A stretch of DNA of 32,000 nucleotides, taken from contig NC_012803.1 of the NCBI RefSeq assembly GCF_000023205.1, forward strand, positions 840,001 to 872,000. The letters are read 5' to 3'. This document shows, one piece after another, positions 29,778 to 32,000 of the stretch. The position numbers and the translations under genes were made by a program. Positions within the stretch are counted from its first letter, which is position 1; every line of letters starts with the position of its first letter. The notes beneath the pieces are model-generated. The model was not told the DNA's origin, did no database searches, and worked only from the letters and a program-made list of their open reading frames with translations. Source of the DNA: Micrococcus luteus NCTC 2665 (lineage in GTDB: Bacteria; Actinomycetota; Actinomycetes; Actinomycetales; Micrococcaceae).

Positions 29778-29780
29778 GCC

Positions 29781-30731
29781 ATGGCCGCACCGCAGCCGCT
29801 GGCGCCCGGGACCGCCGCGTCCGTCTCCGTCCCCGCCACCTCCGCCAACCTCGGCCCCGGCTTCGACTCGATGGGCCTGGCCCTGGAGCTGCGCGACGAG
29901 GTGACGCTCACGGTCGTGGCGGGCCCCGACGTCGCGGAGGCCGAGGGGGAGGGCGCGGCCACCCTGCCGCGGGACGGCGCGCACCTGATCCTGCGCCTGG
30001 CGCACGAGCACCTGCGGGACCGCGGGTTCACCGCGCCGGGGCTGCACCTGCGCGCCGTGAACCGGATCCCGCACGCCCGCGGGCTCGGCTCGTCCGCGGC
30101 CGCCGTCGTCGCGGCCTACGCCGCGGCCGAGGCCCTGCTGCCGGCCGCGCTGCGCCGGGCGCCCGCGGACCTGCTCGAGGCAGCCACCCGCTTCGAGGGG
30201 CACCCGGACAACGTCGCCCCCGCGCTCGTGGGCGGGGCCACCGTCTCCTGGACCCGCGGGCCGCGATGAGGGAGGACTTGCCGGCTGCGGCTGCACGAGC
30301 GCGTGGTGCCGGTGGTCGCGATCCCGGACACCGAGCTGTCCACCCACGTCGCCCGGGGCGTGCTGCCCGCCGAGGTGCCCCACGCCGCGGCGGCGGCCCA
30401 GGCCGGCCGTGCCGCGCTGCTCGTCCACGCGCTGGCGGAGGACCCCGCGCTGCTGCTGGCCGCCACGCGGGACTGGCTGCACCAGGAGCCGCGCGCCGTG
30501 GCCATGCCGGCCAGCGCCGCACTGGTCGCGGGGCTGCGCGAGCGCGGCCATGCCGCCGTCGTCTCCGGCGCAGGTCCCACGGTGCTCGCGCTGTGCGACG
30601 GCGTCCAGGCGGCCGAGCACGCCGCGGAGGCTGCGCGTGCTCTGACGGCAGACGGGGCGGCCTCCTGGCGCGTGCTGGTGCCGTGCGTGGCCGTGGACGG
30701 TGTTAGGGTGGAATCACTCCACCACGGCTGA
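29781..30731 (+). pseudogene. thrB: Homoserine kinase interrupted by an in-frame TGA (30267-30269)
   Basis: The N-terminal half carries SVPATSANLGPGFD and PHARGLGSSAAAVVA (GHMP motif II). The C-terminal half carries VAIPDTELST..AR, LHQEPR and SGAGPTV. Both halves are in the same frame (both starts are multiples of 3) and are separated by a single TGA. Confidence 0.8.
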
Positions 30732-30747
30732 CCCCACCGCCTCGCGC

Positions 30748-30772
30748 GGCCCGGGTCTCCGGTGCCCGGGCC
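30748..30772 (+). terminator. GC-rich hairpin after thrB (8-bp stem, 9-nt loop)
   Basis: The sequence is GGCCCGGG-tctccggtg-CCCGGGCC, 17 nt after the thrB stop. There is no U-tract. Confidence 0.35.
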
Positions 30773-31051
30773 AGTGACGGCCGGACGCACCGAGCGCCGT
30801 CGGCCGGAACCCCGCCGCGATCCATCCCGTGCTGCGCACGGCCGGCGTGCGGGACCCCTTCCGGCTCGGTCGAGTCCGGACGCCTCCGCCCCGTCACGCA
30901 GCGACTGCGCACGATCAGGGGAGGCGCCACTGATGAGTTCACACCATGAAACCCGGTTTTCTGGGGCGCCGCTGCGCGGCCCGACCGGATGCACACCGCA
31001 GCCCGACGCGCCACGCGCCGCCGGGCCGCATTCGAGGGAGAAGGAACCTTC

Positions 31052-32000
31052 GTGACCGAATCCACGGAACAGACCACGCCGACGAACGGCGGTGGCCTGG
31101 CCTCGCTCAAGCTCGCCCAGCTCCAGGCCCTGGCCTCCCAGCTCGGCATCGCCGGCGGCTCGCGCATGCGCAAAGCCGACCTGGTGACCGCGATCTCCGA
31201 CCACCAGCGCGGCGGCTCCGTGGCGGACCGCGACGCCGCCGAGCGCGCGGCCCAGACCACCGCGGCCCCCGCCGCCGAGGCCGCCCCGGCGGCCGCGTCC
31301 TCTCAGGACGCCGCCCCGGCCGCCGAGCGCCCGGCCCGCCGCCGCTCGCGCCGCGCCGATGCCGACACCTCGGCTCCGGCCGCCGCCGCCCAGGACGGGC
31401 AGCCCCAGGCCGAGGCCCTCGAGGCCCAGACCGAGCAGGCCCCCCGTGAGACCGCCTCGGACCAGGATCGGTCCGAGGGGTCCGAGACCCGCGACGAGGG
31501 CGAGGGCCGCCCGCAGTCCGAGCGCCGCTCCCGCGGCCGCCGCCGCGCCGGCGACGACGACGCCCAGCAGGGTCAGGACCGTCGCTCCGACGGCGCCCAG
31601 GGCGAGGATGCCGCCGATGCGGACCGCCGCGGCGACCGAGAGGACCGCGACGACAACGGGCGCGAGAACGGCCGCAACGGCCGCAACGGTCGCAACGGCC
31701 GCAACGGGCGGGATCGTGACAACGGCCGTGACCGTGAGAACAACCGCGACCGCGAGAACGGCCGTGAGAACAACCGCGACCGCGAGAACGGCCGCGAGAA
31801 CAACCGGGACCGTGAGAACGGCCGCGACGGCTCGCGCGAGCAGCGCGGCGACAAGTCCGAGGACGGCGGCCGGGGCGACGGCGGACGCGGGGACCGCAGC
31901 CGCCGCGACGACCGCGACGACGAGGGCGGCCGCAACCGTCGCAACCGCCGCAACCGCAACGAGCGCGGCCGCAACCGCCGTGGCCGCGGCGGCCCTGAGG
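31052..32000 (+). CDS. rho: Transcription termination factor Rho, N-terminal part with a long Arg/Asn/Asp/Gly-rich insertion; the 3' end lies outside the window
   Basis: GTG 31052 follows GAGGGAGAAGGA. LASLKLAQLQALASQLGIAGGSRMRKADLVTAISDHQ is the Rho N-terminal helix bundle. It is followed by an open frame of more than 250 aa of low complexity (DRENGRNGRNGRNGRNGRDRDNGRDRENNRDRENG...). No stop occurs before the window end, which is why it is absent from the ORF track. Confidence 0.9.
   Translation, partial: MTESTEQTTPTNGGGLASLKLAQLQALASQLGIAGGSRMRKADLVTAISDHQRGGSVADRDAAERAAQTTAAPAAEAAPAAASSQDAAPAAERPARRRSRRADADTSAPAAAAQDGQPQAEALEAQTEQAPRETASDQDRSEGSETRDEGEGRPQSERRSRGRRRAGDDDAQQGQDRRSDGAQGEDAADADRRGDREDRDDNGRENGRNGRNGRNGRNGRDRDNGRDRENNRDRENGRENNRDRENGRENNRDRENGRDGSREQRGDKSEDGGRGDGGRGDRSRRDDRDDEGGRNRRNRRNRNERGRNRRGRGGPE
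31667..31822 (+). repeat. In-frame tandem repeats inside rho: 5 x 9 nt (AACGGCCGC, encoding NGR) and 3 x 30 nt (encoding RENNRDRENG)
   Basis: The 9-nt units lie at 31667-31711 (two degenerate). The 30-nt units lie at 31733-31762, 31763-31792 (identical to the first) and 31793-31822 (3 mismatches). Confidence 0.85.

Noticed and set aside
30267-30269. The thrB TGA as a selenocysteine codon or a programmed frameshift site
   Set aside because: Both halves are in the same frame, so no frameshift is needed. The position is in a poorly conserved linker and not a catalytic residue. I see no obvious SECIS-like stem-loop immediately downstream. Sec usage is not expected for homoserine kinase.
27239-30706. 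A 1155-aa plus-strand ORF and a 1097-aa minus-strand ORF (27327-30620) spanning hom-thrC-thrB
   Set aside because: They overlap three strongly supported housekeeping genes in other frames or on the other strand. The products are Arg/Gly/Pro/Ala repeats with no domains. They are GC-driven artefacts.
31573-31974. A 133-aa minus-strand ORF (Ser/Arg/Pro/Leu repeats); the repeat region was also considered as a possible CRISPR or other non-coding array
   Set aside because: It is antisense to the in-frame rho insertion domain. The 9-nt and 30-nt units are contiguous tandem coding repeats without spacers, so this is not a CRISPR architecture.

Overview
This is a very GC-rich (roughly 70%+) actinobacterial chromosomal segment. 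The conserved argS-lysA-hom-thrC-thrB-rho block and a Rho protein with an Arg/Asn/Asp/Gly-rich N-terminal insertion suggest a Micrococcaceae-like organism; that placement is inference. Most of the window is ordinary core metabolism.

Gene content, left to right:
- tail of a metal-type ABC transporter (permease plus ATPase) and a convergent Fur/Zur-family regulator
- a tandem-rhodanese sulfurtransferase, a HIT protein, hrpA and putP
- a decayed 2H-phosphoesterase fragment, a Sad/YneI-type aldehyde dehydrogenase, and an atypical tag
- a three-gene ABC module (two FtsX-family permeases plus an ATPase) of unknown function
- a thiamine cluster: thiC, a YkvI-like membrane protein, thiD, tRNA-Arg(CCG), thiE and thiO-thiS-thiG-thiF/moeZ, with two TPP riboswitches
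- argS, lysA, hom, thrC, thrB and the 5' part of rho

I found no CRISPR array, transposase, integrase or recognisable defence system. The points most worth follow-up are:
1. An in-frame TGA splits thrB.
2. The orphan FtsX/FtsX/ATPase module is preceded by a low-GC control region. That region holds a (GT)7 tract inside a promoter-like spacer, short palindromes, and a 40-codon ORF with a strong ribosome-binding site.
3. A YkvI-family membrane protein is embedded in the thiamine cluster.
4. The Tag homolog lacks three of the four zinc ligands.

Many of the long ORFs in the supplied track are antisense or alternate-frame artefacts of the high GC content.
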